Of a DNA stretch of 64,000 nt, positions 24,060 to 37,367 are shown piece by piece (the first letter of the stretch is position 1; each line of letters begins with the position of its first letter). Where the stretch lies: NCBI GenBank assembly GCA_964016885.1, contig OZ024741.1:294686001-294750000 (forward strand), in the 5' to 3' direction. Origin of the DNA: Eledone cirrhosa. Its lineage: Eukaryota. Made by a program: the position numbers and the translations under genes. Under the pieces are notes generated by a model. It was not told the DNA's origin and did not search any database. It was given only the letters and a program-made list of their open reading frames with translations.

Positions 24060-25939
24060 TATTATTGTCATCATACCCATCATCCTATTTATGTACATTT
24101 TTCCATGTTGGTATGCATTGGGTTGGATATTTGGAGACAGTGTTTTATAGCCAGATATTCTTTATCCTTACTGATGCTAACTCCTTTAGTTGCCTCTTGC
24201 TACATGCAGAGATAATGTGTGCCTATTCTAAAAGTATAAGGCATAGATATGTATATGGTGTCCATCAATCAAACTTGTAAATCCTCTCTCCTAAAATGTT
24301 CACATATCTATGATTACTTATTATCAAATATTTCATCTTTAATATACCTAACCTGAAACTGCAAGGTGGATTATTCAATACAAAACTATTTTCCTTAAAG
24401 TGTTTTTATTTGTCTAATAAAACTGTTTGTCAGAGTTTTATATAAAATAATTTATGTTCCTAACATTAGCTTAATCATTAGAAAGTTATTTTACTACATC
24501 CTTCCAAATTCTTTATTTTATTTACAATTTTATAAATAGCATTATGAATTGTTTCTAATTCTCACAGAATGAAAATATACACAAAAGGAATATATACAAT
24601 ACTTAATTTTATTAAAATATAAATTCAAAATGAGAGAAAATATATTATAATCATGATGTTTCATATAAAAATAGAATTCATGGAACTTTATAAATATAAT
24701 ACACAATAATATATAATCAAAACAAATTATTTGAAAATTATGTGTCTTTTATTAGGAATAAGGGTTAATATCCCAAGGAAACTTGCTCAATATTTTATAT
24801 ACTGTTTTTTTAGTCTATTAGATGCTGCATAAACCTCCTCTCAAAGTAGCATTTTCTGAAATTGAGAAAGTTCTGGGTAATTCAAGAAAAGTAATTACCA
24901 CGTGTATCAAAAAACTCCAAATTAACTCATATGGTTTTTAGAATGCAAAGAATCAAAAAGTTATTTATTTATTCACAAAACTCATTATTGAATGGAAATC
25001 AAAACTAAGATCAATTTCTTTCTTGAATGCTGCTAGAAATAGAATGCTTTAACGAAATATAACAAATTTGGATTTAATTGAAAGCATTGTATACTGGAAA
25101 CTACTCTGACGTGGAATTAAAAAAATAAAGAAAACCAAGAAGGCAGCCAAAGAACAGTTAAAAGAAAATATGATCTATTTGCTTTATTGGATATTTCCTG
25201 AAGTGAATCCTGACAAATAGCTCAGCAATAATTAGCAAGTAATTGTCAATTCCTTATGGCACATTGATAATAAACAGCATTAACTAATCTATGTGAGATC
25301 TACATATGTTCATTGTAAGTAGAATGATACCATATGAAACAACATTTAAAGCTTTTGAGATTCACTTACAGTTAGTTTATAAGTTCAATTAATTTGTTGA
25401 AATAGTGTGGATTATCATCAGTGTTAAAATGTTATACTTTTTACTTAAGAAAACCCAGAGCTTTGTATGAAGTTTCAAAACTGTAATGGTTGTCTCATGT
25501 ATAGGAATATGATAAAATAATTAGAAGAATTGTTTTGCAGTTCTTATTTCTATGTCTTATAGTATTTTTCATATAACTTAAACTTTTTATATAGATCTTA
25601 CTTGGAATGATTACATTAGATCTGTTATTAAACCAGTCACTATGAAGGTAGTTGACTATACTGAGCTTATTATCTTTCTTCTGAATGTATTCTTCATTTC
25701 TCATATTTGCCCTTCTATAGAATACTGTTATCACATCACCTGGGCTGGTGCATCTGCTAGGCTTCTTCCTCTTTTTGAATTCATAGAAGAGTTTCTAACA
25801 TTATTGGCCTTATTTTGGCAGCTAAACTTCAACTTCTTTCTCACTGTCAGTAGATAGTGGTGCTCCCTCTTGTAAGAAGTTCTCCCTCTTGTAAGATGTT
25901 TGGCCCTGTTTTGGCAGCTAAATATCAACTTTTTTATTG

Positions 25940-26300
25940 CTGAGATGTTACTTCTTTTTGTTATTATTCCCCCTGGGAGATTCATGGGAGGAGAGTTATA
26001 AAACATGCCATCCAGTTATAAAACATCCCATCCATCAGAATCAACTATCTCCAATTGTTCTGACTGGATCCGCAAGTGAGACCAGTCAAGTTTATGGATG
26101 TTATCCAACCATCTTGCTCTGGCTCTCCTGCCAGTTGGCTTTGCCCATAAAATCTGTCCAGCAATTCTTTCCTGAAACATTCTAACTACATGCTCATAAT
26201 ATCAGAGTAGTGATCTCTCAAATCAGAAAAATTAGCAGTTCTACCTGGACTGACTCTCTCATATCTGCGCTACACACTCTATTGAATAATGTTACTCCAA
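25940..26300 (-). mobile_element. Expander/Rex3-like RTE 3' end
   Basis: Diverged reverse complement of 7905-8243. Confidence 0.7.
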
Positions 26301-26708
26301 GATTTCTTTATCTCTGTTCTATAAATATTTCCATGGATGTTTTGTCAAACTTTCTTTTAAGGCTGCTAATCAAGTAACTCAATATTCTATTAATTCTTAT
26401 TCATTTACTGCAGTTGTCTGCTTTTCAGTTTCTTTTCTAGCAGTTTCTTTTCTTCAAATTTCTGCTTTCTTGTTTCTGTTATGAGTATAATCTTAATCCA
26501 TTAAAATCTTTGGCTTATTGTTTTCTGGTTTCAAGGGCAGCAACTTATTAGATTTTTTTTTTTTTTGTAACTCTCAACAAATTAATTTGTTGCATAAGGC
26601 TTAGCTCACTCTATTGTTGCTTACTTGTGGCTTTGCTGAAAGTAACTTTCGATAAAAACACAAAATAAAGTATAGTTAAGATGAAGCATTGTGAGTTATG
26701 TAATAAAC

Positions 26709-26996
26709 GACTGATCATTTTCAGAAAGCTAGTATAATGTGGAAGAAATATATAAAGGACAAAGGATGACAAATAAAACAAAACAAAGTAATATTTTACC
26801 AAGTTAGAGAGGAACACATTGATCATTTGTTTTTATTTTGAACCATTTTTCGTTTACATTTGAAAAGAGGGTATAAGCCCTGAAATATCATATCAAACTA
26901 TACTGGGTAAAACATTAATTTGTTTTGATTATTTGCCACTTTTCCCCCTTTATATATTTCTATTGCATTGTACCAGCTTTCTGAAAATTATCAGTC
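26709..26996. repeat. Foldback with ~95 bp imperfect arms (26709-26804, 26902-26996)
   Basis: gactgatcattttcagaaagctagtataatg..gaaatatataaag versus ctttatatatttc..cattgtaccagctttctgaaaattatcagtc. Confidence 0.8.
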
Positions 26997-28511
26997 ATAA
27001 AATATAATATACTTTCAGTACCCATTCTTATGCCAAGCTAAAACCAGAATAAATTTCATGCTTTAAGGTTTAAGTTTAATGTATATTATCCATAGTTTAT
27101 TGTTTTCCATTCTTTAGATAAAATAGTTTTATTGATAAAATGATGGAATTTTAAAATATATTGATTCTGCGAGACTACTTTATATTGATCTTTCTCTTCT
27201 TTTGATTAATTATTCTTTAGAACTTTTGAAGGTCTTTAATGAATTATACAAATTCTTATATTGAATTAATTTGAAAATTTATATTTTATATTTAAAACTT
27301 TTAATTATATGCTACTTACTGATGTTTCATTAAAAAGAACAACAGAAAAATTACCTTAACTATCTTTTGTACATGATTGATCACCAGACTACTATTGGTT
27401 CGGTTTATATTTGTTAAGAAAATTTTATAAATAAGTGATTTTATTCTTTCTGTTTTGTTTACTTAGAAATAAATATACATCAATTATTTTTTTCTGAAAT
27501 TGAAAATGTTTACTACTGAAAACATTATTTTATTAGCCTAATTTGTTAATCTTATTCAATTGAGAAATTTAACTAAATCAAATCTGTAAAAGCGAATATA
27601 AAAATGACTTAAGAAATGTCATAGAACTTTAGGAAGAAAACAAATGCTTTTCTAGAAATTTCTTGCCAGTGATCAAAAACGAAATGAATTTAAAGTCATT
27701 TCAGTCTATTAATATTGAGAATAACAACAAAAAATAATCAATTTCTGATAGCATTTAAGTTTTGTAAAACATATAGATGATTTTGTAGGGTATATATCCA
27801 GAACAGTTCTTAATATTCCTTGTTTTGTTTTTTTTCATTTTATAAATTTTTTTGAAATTGAAAAGTAATTGGAAAATAAATTATATTTATTTCTTTATTT
27901 CATAATAAATTTTTATGTCATCAACAAGTAAAATATTTTTGTCAAAATGTAGATAGTTTAATTTTTACATTTTTATTATCTTCAATATCTGCATTTTGTT
28001 TTCTGTAAAAAGCCTCTCAACAAAGACTTTATGAATTAATAGGATGAGTTGTATAGAATATGATTTATTTTGTAATCCTTTCATAGATAAAAATTAGATA
28101 TTGTACATGTCAACCAATATGTATTATTTATTATGTCTAGTATTGAAGTGTAATTTTGTCATCTGTCATTATTTCATTTATTAATCTATATTATATCCAA
28201 ATTAATAACTGATAATCATCATCCATTAATATTAGGATCAATATGTTCCATTATCTCTGCTAGCTATATTCCATATGCTTATAAAGCAAATAAATGATTT
28301 CTTTATCTGATATCAAAATTATGTTTGAGGATGTAATAGCAATTACATCTCAATTTGATATACCTTTGATTTTAAGTTTTCTAAACTTATTTTCAAATTA
28401 TTTTTTTCTTTTCTATTTAGTAATCAGATATAAAATTTCTCCAAATACATAGCAATTAATGATATTACGATATATTCATTGCATGGTCATTGCAATTAAA
28501 TTCATTTGATA

Positions 28512-28945
28512 GGTGCAGACATAATTATGTGGTTAAGAAGTTTGTTTCAAAATCACATGGTTTCTGGCTCCTTCCCACTGTGTAGCCTCTTGAGCAAGTT
28601 TCTTTTTCTATAGCCCTCCCAACTGGTCAATGCCTTGTGAGGGAATTTAGAAAATGAAAACTGCAAAAAGAAAATCTGTGGCACACGCATCTGTACGCAT
28701 GAGTGCATGCATGCCAGTTTAAGAAAATTGCTTTATGGACAATGTTTAAAGCAGCTTGTGACATTTGTTTATGACTCACGTAAACTCATCATGATGCATA
28801 GAATTTTGATGGAATCCAGTGTTATATACCATATTTATGAATAAAGTATGGGATAGCATCAGGAAAGGCATTCAACCATAGAAAAACTACTTCTAAAACT
28901 CTCATCCAATGCTAAAAGCTGACATAAAAACGATGATGTTGATGC
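28512..28945 (+). mobile_element. Full-length decayed CORE-like SINE with RTE-type tail
   Basis: ggtgcagacataattatgtggttaagaag head; cttgagcaag..ctatagcc core; caggaaaggcattcaaccatagaaa...gacataaaaacgatgatg tail shared with the RTE 3' UTR. Confidence 0.7.
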
Positions 28946-29156
28946 ATTTCAAACAAAGAAAACATTTCTAGGATATTTGAGATTTTTTTCTTATCCACTG
29001 CATGATTGCTTTTCATTTACAGTGTTTTTATTTAAATTTATCATCCTCATGTCTTGTCAATTCCCTTGCCCATCTTATTCCTGCTAGTAGAATATTTCAC
29101 CTGCTTTTTCTCTTTTTTATTGATTTAATGGTTTATCATTTCCTATTTATTGAAAG

Positions 29157-29385
29157 CCATTCAGCTTCTGGTTCTTTTGTCATTTTTCTCTCTCTCTCTG
29201 ACTCACCCTTTCATTATCCACCAAGCCTCTGGTTCTTCACTCATTAACATTGCTTTCTCCCCTATTCACCCTTTTGTTATTCATTCAGCCTCTGGATCCT
29301 TTGGCATTTCTCTCTCTCTCACTAACTTTTGTTACCCATTCAGCCTATAGTTTCTCAGTCATTGATCTCTCCCTGACATCCTTTT
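29157..29385. repeat. Degenerate ~60-bp pyrimidine-rich minisatellite, 4 units
   Basis: Recurrent ccattcagcctctgg(t/a)tc...ctctctc...cacccttt unit. Confidence 0.7.
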
Positions 29386-29950
29386 ATCTATGTTGTGCTG
29401 AATAGTGACTACTCTTTAGCCTTGCATGATGCTTGAAAAACCAACTAGTTCTGGTGGCATGATAAAATGCACCCACTATACTCTGTAAAGCAATTGAAGG
29501 GCATAAGCTGTAGATATGAAAAGATTTGAGTGAGACATAGTCCCCTCAAAGGGGGGGGGGTAATTCTGAATAATAACTGACTCTGGCTTTGATGTGCCTT
29601 TCAAACTTTACAGTAAATGTGTTCTTACGTGAAAATTAATTTCAAATTTAGTTTTACATTTATAATTATGAATTTGAATATATATAAAAATGTAAGGTCA
29701 TGTTGCATAATTTAATTTTGTTTAGAACTTATTAAGTATTTTGGAATGCTTTTTTAAAAATTCTTCACTTAAGATTTATAGCCACCTATTGATTATAGCC
29801 AGGATTCTGAAATGAGAAGCATTATTTTTTTTTTATAATTTTCATTTAATTCTTTCATAATTATTAACTTTTTTAGAGCCTGTTTCTTTTTATTTATTTG
29901 CTGTCACATTTAATACTCATATATTTTTCTTTTGTTATTATTATTTTTAG

Positions 29951-30030
29951 GTAAGTTCTTTTACCACCACAATGGAATGTTTACTAGATGTTGTTTAAAA
30001 CAGTATTCCAATGAACTGTTGAAGGTTTAA
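29951..30030 (+). other. Candidate recursive splice site with 80-nt non-coding exon
   Basis: T-rich tract + TAG|GTAAGT at 29950/29951; second GTAAGT at 30031; stops in all three frames. Confidence 0.5.
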
Positions 30031-32429
30031 GTAAGTTTGTTCATTTTCTCTCCATATTGAAATACTCTCCATATTTGTCAAAACTGCTTTTATTGCATAT
30101 ACAAAAACCTTAAGCCCTAAAGATGAACAAATCAATGCAAGATGTTTTTAATATAAAATTTGAAATAACACTAAAAATTATTTTCATTATAATTTGAAGA
30201 AAAAGGTATAAAATTAGATGTTTCTCTGAGCTTTTATGAATCTAAGTGCATTTCACTAGCTTTGGAATATTGTTAACAAATCTTTTTTTTTTTTTCAAAT
30301 TCTGAAATTGTAACAAAAATTATGCTCTTACACACATATTTATACTTTTATATAAGTTACACCCACTTTATGTTAATATCTTAGTTTCATTATTTAGTGT
30401 TTCAAGCCCAGAGCAAGTTTCAGTAGATATGCCCTCCCCCTCTCCTTTGTAAAAGAAAAATAAACAAACTACCACTTATCTTTAAATATGTATGGTATAT
30501 ATCATAGTATTACTTTGGAGAGTTATTTGTTTTTCAGAAATGATTTCCATTTTGATATTAATTTAATAAGTTATATATTTCTTGTAACGTACTTAAATAT
30601 ACTTAAAAGAAGAGTTTATTTATAATGAAAGATTCTGTTTGATGTACTGCTTTCTAATTGCTTTTATTTTTCTTATGAGCTTTCATTTAAAAATTTTATA
30701 TTCATATCATGTACATTTAATCCATTTTATTTGAATAAGATATATTCAATATTTTAAAAGAAATATTTTGCTTCAAATATTTGCAAGCACAGTTCTTTGG
30801 TAATACTGACATAGTTTATTACATCTTTTAAAATATCTTATCTGGAATAGTCGATGGGTAATCAAATTATATCTGTTGATTCAAAAACACAGTAGCTGTC
30901 TTCCAGCATTAATGCATTGTATATCTTTTGTTCAAATTAATATGAAACTTTAGTAACATGTTGACAATATTCTACAACGTTACTATGACATACTTTAAGA
31001 TATTTTTCTGTATACAGTTTGGTGTATGGATGAAGAAAATGTTACATGACATTATTCTCTATTTCTCTCTCTCTTGTAAACACAAGATGGTCGACTGAAT
31101 ATGCACGTGTGTTTTTTTATCTCCAGTTTTTCCTTATTTTTTCCCATTTTTCCTCTTATTACTCTTTACTTTCTATTTATCTTCTATTTCAAACAATATC
31201 TTTTGAGGAAGGACTAAGACACTCTTCCTGCTATTTCAAGCAGTAAAATAATATATTTCTTCCATGCACTGGGCCGTTTGTTTTGTTATTTCTGTTTACC
31301 TTTCACATATATATATATATACATACACACTCACACACACACAGTTGTTTCATTAAATTATTTGTTTTTATTTAAAATTATGAATTTAGAAAGAAATAAT
31401 TGTCTTTATGGAGAGATGATGTGTTAATAAGATTTTAAAGGTGGACAATTTTCCTATATTTACATCTAAACTATATCTCAATCAGTCTGATATTCAATAG
31501 TCCATGGCCCCAGACTGGATTCAAATTAGGAACCTTTATTTCGAAACTAAGGTTAATAATTTTCTCATTCACTTGGTCACTAATATGAAAAATTATAATT
31601 TTCTGAGTTATTGGAAATTAAAACTAAAAAGAAAAATACCAAGATACTAAGAATTAGAAAAGAGTTTATGTATGTAAATAACCCTGATCACTTCATTTAT
31701 ATTCACCTGTAACCATCCAAACATTTTTTTTTACATCATTTCTTCTTCGACACCCAACATGTTTATTCTTATTACTACATTCAAAGATTTTAGTTGACTA
31801 TTGTCTTCAGTGAAGACATGTGATTTGGTTGTTAGAGAATTGAACTCATAATTGTGAGATTGCAAGTTCGATTCCTGGGCTGGCTGATGCATTATACCCT
31901 TGAGTTAGACACTTTATTTCACGCTGCTCTTTCTACCATATGTGACCAGTAGATAGTATCAGTATTTAAGAGATCAAAGGAAACATTGTTTTATTGGTCC
32001 AATTTAATGAGTTCCACCCCACTAGGTAAGTGAATGAGGTTTAGGATCTTGTTGATTAACTTCTTTAAATAGACTCCAGAACCTTGTATGGCACAATCAA
32101 TATGGTACATAATACGACAAGGTATTTTATTTCAGTGCACAAGTAACTTTGAAACTAAGACCTACAGCTGTATGGTAAATATTTCTAACTAAATAGATAG
32201 GGTTATTGGTCATAAACTGGTAGAGCAGAACTCTGTGTTGGCAACTGTGACTGAATATTCTGATTATTTGAAGTTAATTGCTGTTTGCTAGAATCATTTT
32301 GATTAAAATACAAAATAGATTTTCTTTTATTCTATAATTTATAGTTTTAGACTCTTGATTGCCACAATTTAAGAGTTGAATTTATTAGTATTAAGCCAAA
32401 ATAGCCTACAGCTCTTTCACTATTATCCT

Positions 32430-32790
32430 CATTCTTATCAAATCCATTATTTTATGCTTGTATATGTGAGATGAGTTGTGTTCAGCATGGAATTCTCCCC
32501 TCGCTCACTGTATCTTTCTTTTGTCATCTCCCTTGTGAGATCCAGCATCCGAACACCCATTTTCACCATCTCTACCCATGTCTTTTTCAACCTACCACTA
32601 CTGCATTTTCCTTCTCTTTTGAACTCATAGCACTTCTATACCCAACGATCATCCTCAACATGAACAGTGTCTTCTCTCTTGTACACTATATTTAATTCCT
32701 CTCATATCTACTTTTATCTCAACTTCGGATTGCCCCATTGCCCACACACACCACATCACACATCTAATGGAGCATGCTTCATTCATTTAG
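32430..32790 (-). mobile_element. Decayed RTE 3' end
   Basis: cacatctaatggagcatgcttcattc corresponds to EASMLRWMC; ccattattttatgcttg is a tail remnant. Confidence 0.55.
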
Positions 32791-34914
32791 TTCTAGTTTT
32801 GACAAATGCCTGATGACTTTTATTACAGCTCTCTGCACTCTGAGTTCAAATCCTGCTGAGGTCAACTTCACATTTAACTCTTTCAAACCAATAAATAAAG
32901 TATCATTCTAGGGTAGTGAATTAGCCCAGTTGTTAGTGTTAGATGAAATGACTTGCATTATTTGTTCTAACTCCATGCATTGAGTTTGGATCCTACTTCC
33001 TATTACTGAAAACAAGGTGACATGATAGAACTTGGGCATCTGTCATTTAGACTTTCAAGAAACCTCATGGAGGCCTGACTAGGTGTGAGCGATAACAACA
33101 GCTTTGTGATATTAATCACTTCTCATTTCATTAGTGAACTTCCTAATCTCAACTTCTTTATTGACTAGATAACTTCTTTTCTGCTTAGCATATTAAAATT
33201 ATCTGCACTACTTTCAAGCCTGTTGCTTAGCTTTTAAACCCCTGTTCACTGGTCTCTTAGATGTGGATTTTCTATAACCACAATGGTTAGCAACAAGTTT
33301 TCTATAGGAAATTCCACCAGTGGTCCCGTAACTCCTGATATACCAGCTAGCTCCCTCCATTTCTTTAGAGACCTTGTTGTTAATGACATTACACATAATA
33401 TACAGGTGGTATGGTATGGAGTCGTAGGGGCACCATATTGACATAAAGTGTTCCTTGGGTATTTTAAGCTTGGTGGAGCCAATCCCTCTCCAGCTGATTT
33501 TTTTCCAGAGAAAGATAGAAAGTGAAAGAGAAGAAATAGATATAGAGGAAGAATCGAACCCAGTACATGACTGGTACATTTTTCATCGACCTGATTATCG
33601 ACAGGATTTGAATTCCGAGATCAGAGAGCTGGACAGACTACAGCAAAGCACTCTATCTGATGTTCTAATGACTCAACCAATTCACTGCATTACTTATGTT
33701 ATATTCTCTATTCCGTTCCCACCCTGACTGCTATTTGGAAGTTTGCATAAGTAAGTGATCTGTTACCTTCAATGTCATCTTTTAAAAACACTTAATGTCT
33801 GAATACTTTCCAAATGTTCATATATAATATCAATAATGTTTTGTCAATGTATTAATCTATGGCTTACTGGCTAGTAGTGATATTGGGCATCTGATCATTG
33901 TGAATTATTGGTTAATGATTTTAGATTTTAAATGGCAGTTTATCAATATTATAGATGTTAAATAAAAGTTATTGAATATAGTAGTTTTCATTCAATTTCA
34001 GGTCTGTTTATTCATTCAGACAACATTTTCTTCATCTCCTTCAGCTTGATGGGATGTTTATATACAATTTTCAACCTTTCAATAATCATTTTTAAATTTC
34101 ACTTTGATTTCTTGTTGTTTTTATCAGTCAATAAAGAAAATAGTATATACTTCAACACCTATACATAGTATGTACAGATGCTTATCTCTGTAAAGAATTT
34201 TACTTTACAACCTTGTGATTTCAAGTTCCATTACATAATACCTGGGGCAAGGGTCTTGTATCTTAGCCTCAGGTTGACCAAAATATTGTGAATGAAATTT
34301 GATAAGTGGGAACTCTATAAAAAAATCCCTCAGTGTGTGAGAAGGGTGTTATTATTTGTGGGCTATGAAAACTTATATATTTACAGGGAATTAATATATA
34401 TATATATATATATCTAAGAGGTTGAAAGAGAGCATGAATGTGCATGAAGGGGAAATAATGATGTTTCTCATTTTAGTCTTAAATCCATACTCTCCTTCTT
34501 TCAACTTCTTGACCAATATTATCATCCCTTCCTAATCACACTCTTGGTTACATTTGCATTCACACAATGGAGACTATGTAGAGAGAAAAGGAATTCTAAA
34601 GACTTGCAGGAGACAAGGCAACCTGTCTAGTATTGGTGCCATAAGCACACTCAGTACATCCTTAAAATGTTTGACAATTAAACAGAAAAAATATAGAGTA
34701 CAGGGGATTTTTAGATCTTGTCATAGGTTGGACAACTTCTCTAGTGCTGTTGCCATGATGAAATACACTTACCACATTCTGGAAAGTAGTTGATGTCAGT
34801 AAAATCATCTAGCTGTAGCAACCGTATCAAAAATGGAATGTCCATCTAGAAAGACACTAACTCCAAATAAAAACTAACGACCATTCAACACTTGCTTACA
34901 TGAACAGGCACTTT

Positions 34915-35190
34915 CTTCTCCTTCTCCTTCTCCTCCTCCGCCTTCTTCTCCTTCTTCTCCTCTGCCTACTGATTCCTGAGAGTGTCATGGAGGCATAGTC
35001 CTCAAACACTCCTTCCAGCTGGTCCTGTCAGAAGCAACCATTTCAAACTAATTAAACTGGATCCCCAAGGGAGACCACCCAAACTTGTGGATGTTATCCA
35101 ACCATGTTGCTCAGTCTACCCCTGGATCCCCTTGGTTTTGCCTTTAAAATCTATCCAGTGGTTCTTTCCTGAGACATTCTAACCACATGC
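34915..35190 (-). mobile_element. Expander/Rex3-like RTE 3' end with GAA/GAG tail
   Basis: Reverse complement of 8035-8243. Confidence 0.8.
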
Positions 35191-35400
35191 CATTTGTGGG
35201 AGATTGGTGACTTACAAGAGCAACAAAACTGCAATATGATGAAAGGCACATTATTTATATGGAAATATATTCTTGGTCTTGAAAATGACGTGCTCATTTT
35301 GAAATCACTATTTTCACTTTGAAGTCACATGTGCTCATTTAGAATTACAAATACACGAGCAACTTCTGCAATATGTTCAACAGAATTTATTATTATTATT

Positions 35401-35562
35401 AGGGTCAGATGCCATGCTTTACAGCAAAGAGTTACGGCCCTTTATGGTCTGAGTTCAAATCCCGCCGAGGTTAACTTTGCCTTTCATCCTTATGGGGTCG
35501 ATAAAATAAAGTACCTGTAATACACTGGGATAATTGCTGGCCTTGTGCCAAAAGTAGAAACA
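35401..35562 (+). mobile_element. 5'-truncated young Meta-domain SINE in (ATT)n
   Basis: Matches 42965-43126; (att)n on both sides. Confidence 0.9.
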
Positions 35563-37084
35563 ATTATTATTATTATTGTTATTATTATATTTGTGTGGAA
35601 TTAGAAATATTTATGTGATGTTTTTCAAGGGATAGGTTCCAAATGTCTAATATGTATAGAATAGATTGAATTTCTTCAAAGGGGCCCGAAAGAAATTATC
35701 AAAAAAAAAAAAAAAAAAATTATGTGAGAAAGAAAGTAAATGTTTTTTGGGGTTTGTTTTTTATGAATTGTGTTTAGCTGTTGGTCAATCTATTGATGGG
35801 AAATTGGTGGTGTTCAATCTCATCATTATCAATTCAATGTCTGATGTTTCCATCTAATTTGCAAATATCTGCCAACCTCAGACTTCAGATTTATGCTTTG
35901 AGCCGTGAATTCAGCAGGATTTTTTTTTGTTTGGTAGTTTTGTAAATGTAAACATCTGGACTACACAGGAGAGTTTCCAATGCATAACAATGAGGAAAGT
36001 TTATTGAAGTAAATCAACATTTTCTTTCCAATTCATGTCAGAAGAATTATCACAGCCTCAAGGAATAATTCAGTCAAATTTGAAATCAATGCCAATAAGA
36101 GTATTGGTACCTTCTTTTGCTTTTACCTACTTGTTATAAGATTATGTTATTTACAACTAATCTGCTATATTCTGTTATTTCCAATAAAAGACGCAATACA
36201 TTGCTATAGAGCCTACCTGTAAATCTAATCAGTAATACTTTATTTCTATTCAATACTATATTTATTAGTAGATATACTCAATAATAGTGTAGGTAGTTTT
36301 ATATTGTGCCTTTTACCAAATTTAGCTCAGAAACTTCCATTTATAGTATGGGACCATAGCATGTATAATGTGTTGGTGGTTTTAGATACTATTGTTGCTT
36401 ATATATATATATATTTTTTTTTTACTGTATTATTAGGTTAATGTTCAGAGAGACTTGTACATAAACATGTTTTTCTTTACACATTTTCTGTTTTTATTGT
36501 TCAGTTTGTATGTTCTGTTACAATTTATATTATTTATCTAGATGAAAGGGAAGAAAATTCTCACCAATGAAGTTATCATATTATTATAATTTATAGTTAT
36601 GACTATAGCCATTTTGTTACCAATTCAGCCCAAACCAGCTCTGGTTCTATGAAATGTAGCCACCAATTTTAAAGGGTTCTAATTTAAATTAAAATCTTCC
36701 AACATAATTTTAGATAAGAACATTACACTTAGAAATGAAATAATTAATAATTTAAATAAATCTCTCAAAATTCTTCATTAATTAATTGAAACAGAATGTA
36801 TTTTGTTAGAAATGAAGCCATGAAAGGTTTGAAGTATTTTGGACTTATTGGTAGATTGCCATACTGTTTCATTCCCTATATTCTGAGATCAAATCCTACT
36901 ATAGTTATGTGATGTGCTGAATTCAAAACATTTTCTGGACACATATTTTGCTCAGGATTGAACATGTAATCCCCCACTTATTCAATTGTCATATTTATCG
37001 CATACCCACATGAGTGCCACCCTCCCCCAACATGCATTTTCACTACATAATGGAACATCCGAGACACATCTTAAAACACCTGTA

Positions 37085-37335
37085 TGTCTGATATTGGAAA
37101 AAGCACCCAACCCACACTCTAAAGTGGTTGTGTAGGCATCACCACAAAAAATACCCAGTACTCACTGTAAATGAGGTTGGCATTAGGAAGAGCATCTAAC
37201 TGTAGAAACCAAGCCAGAATCGTTCTGTACGAGTAAGACATGGTCAACTGTCTTGGCATTGTTCACAACAGGACAACTCATCTAACCCATGCTAGCGTGG
37301 AAAAATGGATGTTAAATGGTGATGATGATGATGAC
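37085..37335 (+). mobile_element. Solo RTE 3' UTR with (GAT)n tail
   Basis: ggcattaggaagagcatctaactgtagaaacc...ctaacccatgctagcgtggaaaaatggatgttaaatggtgatgatgatg. Confidence 0.85.
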
Positions 37336-37367
37336 ATATATCTATATATATATATATATATATATAT

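Noticed and set aside
24820-25260. Possible L1/Tx1 C-terminal remnant (LTHMVF.ECK)
   Set aside because: Single weak motif amid many stops; not enough support.
33000-33460. 121-aa minus-strand ORF
   Set aside because: Probably a heavily decayed LINE RT remnant joined to a SINE fragment; motifs are too degraded to call.
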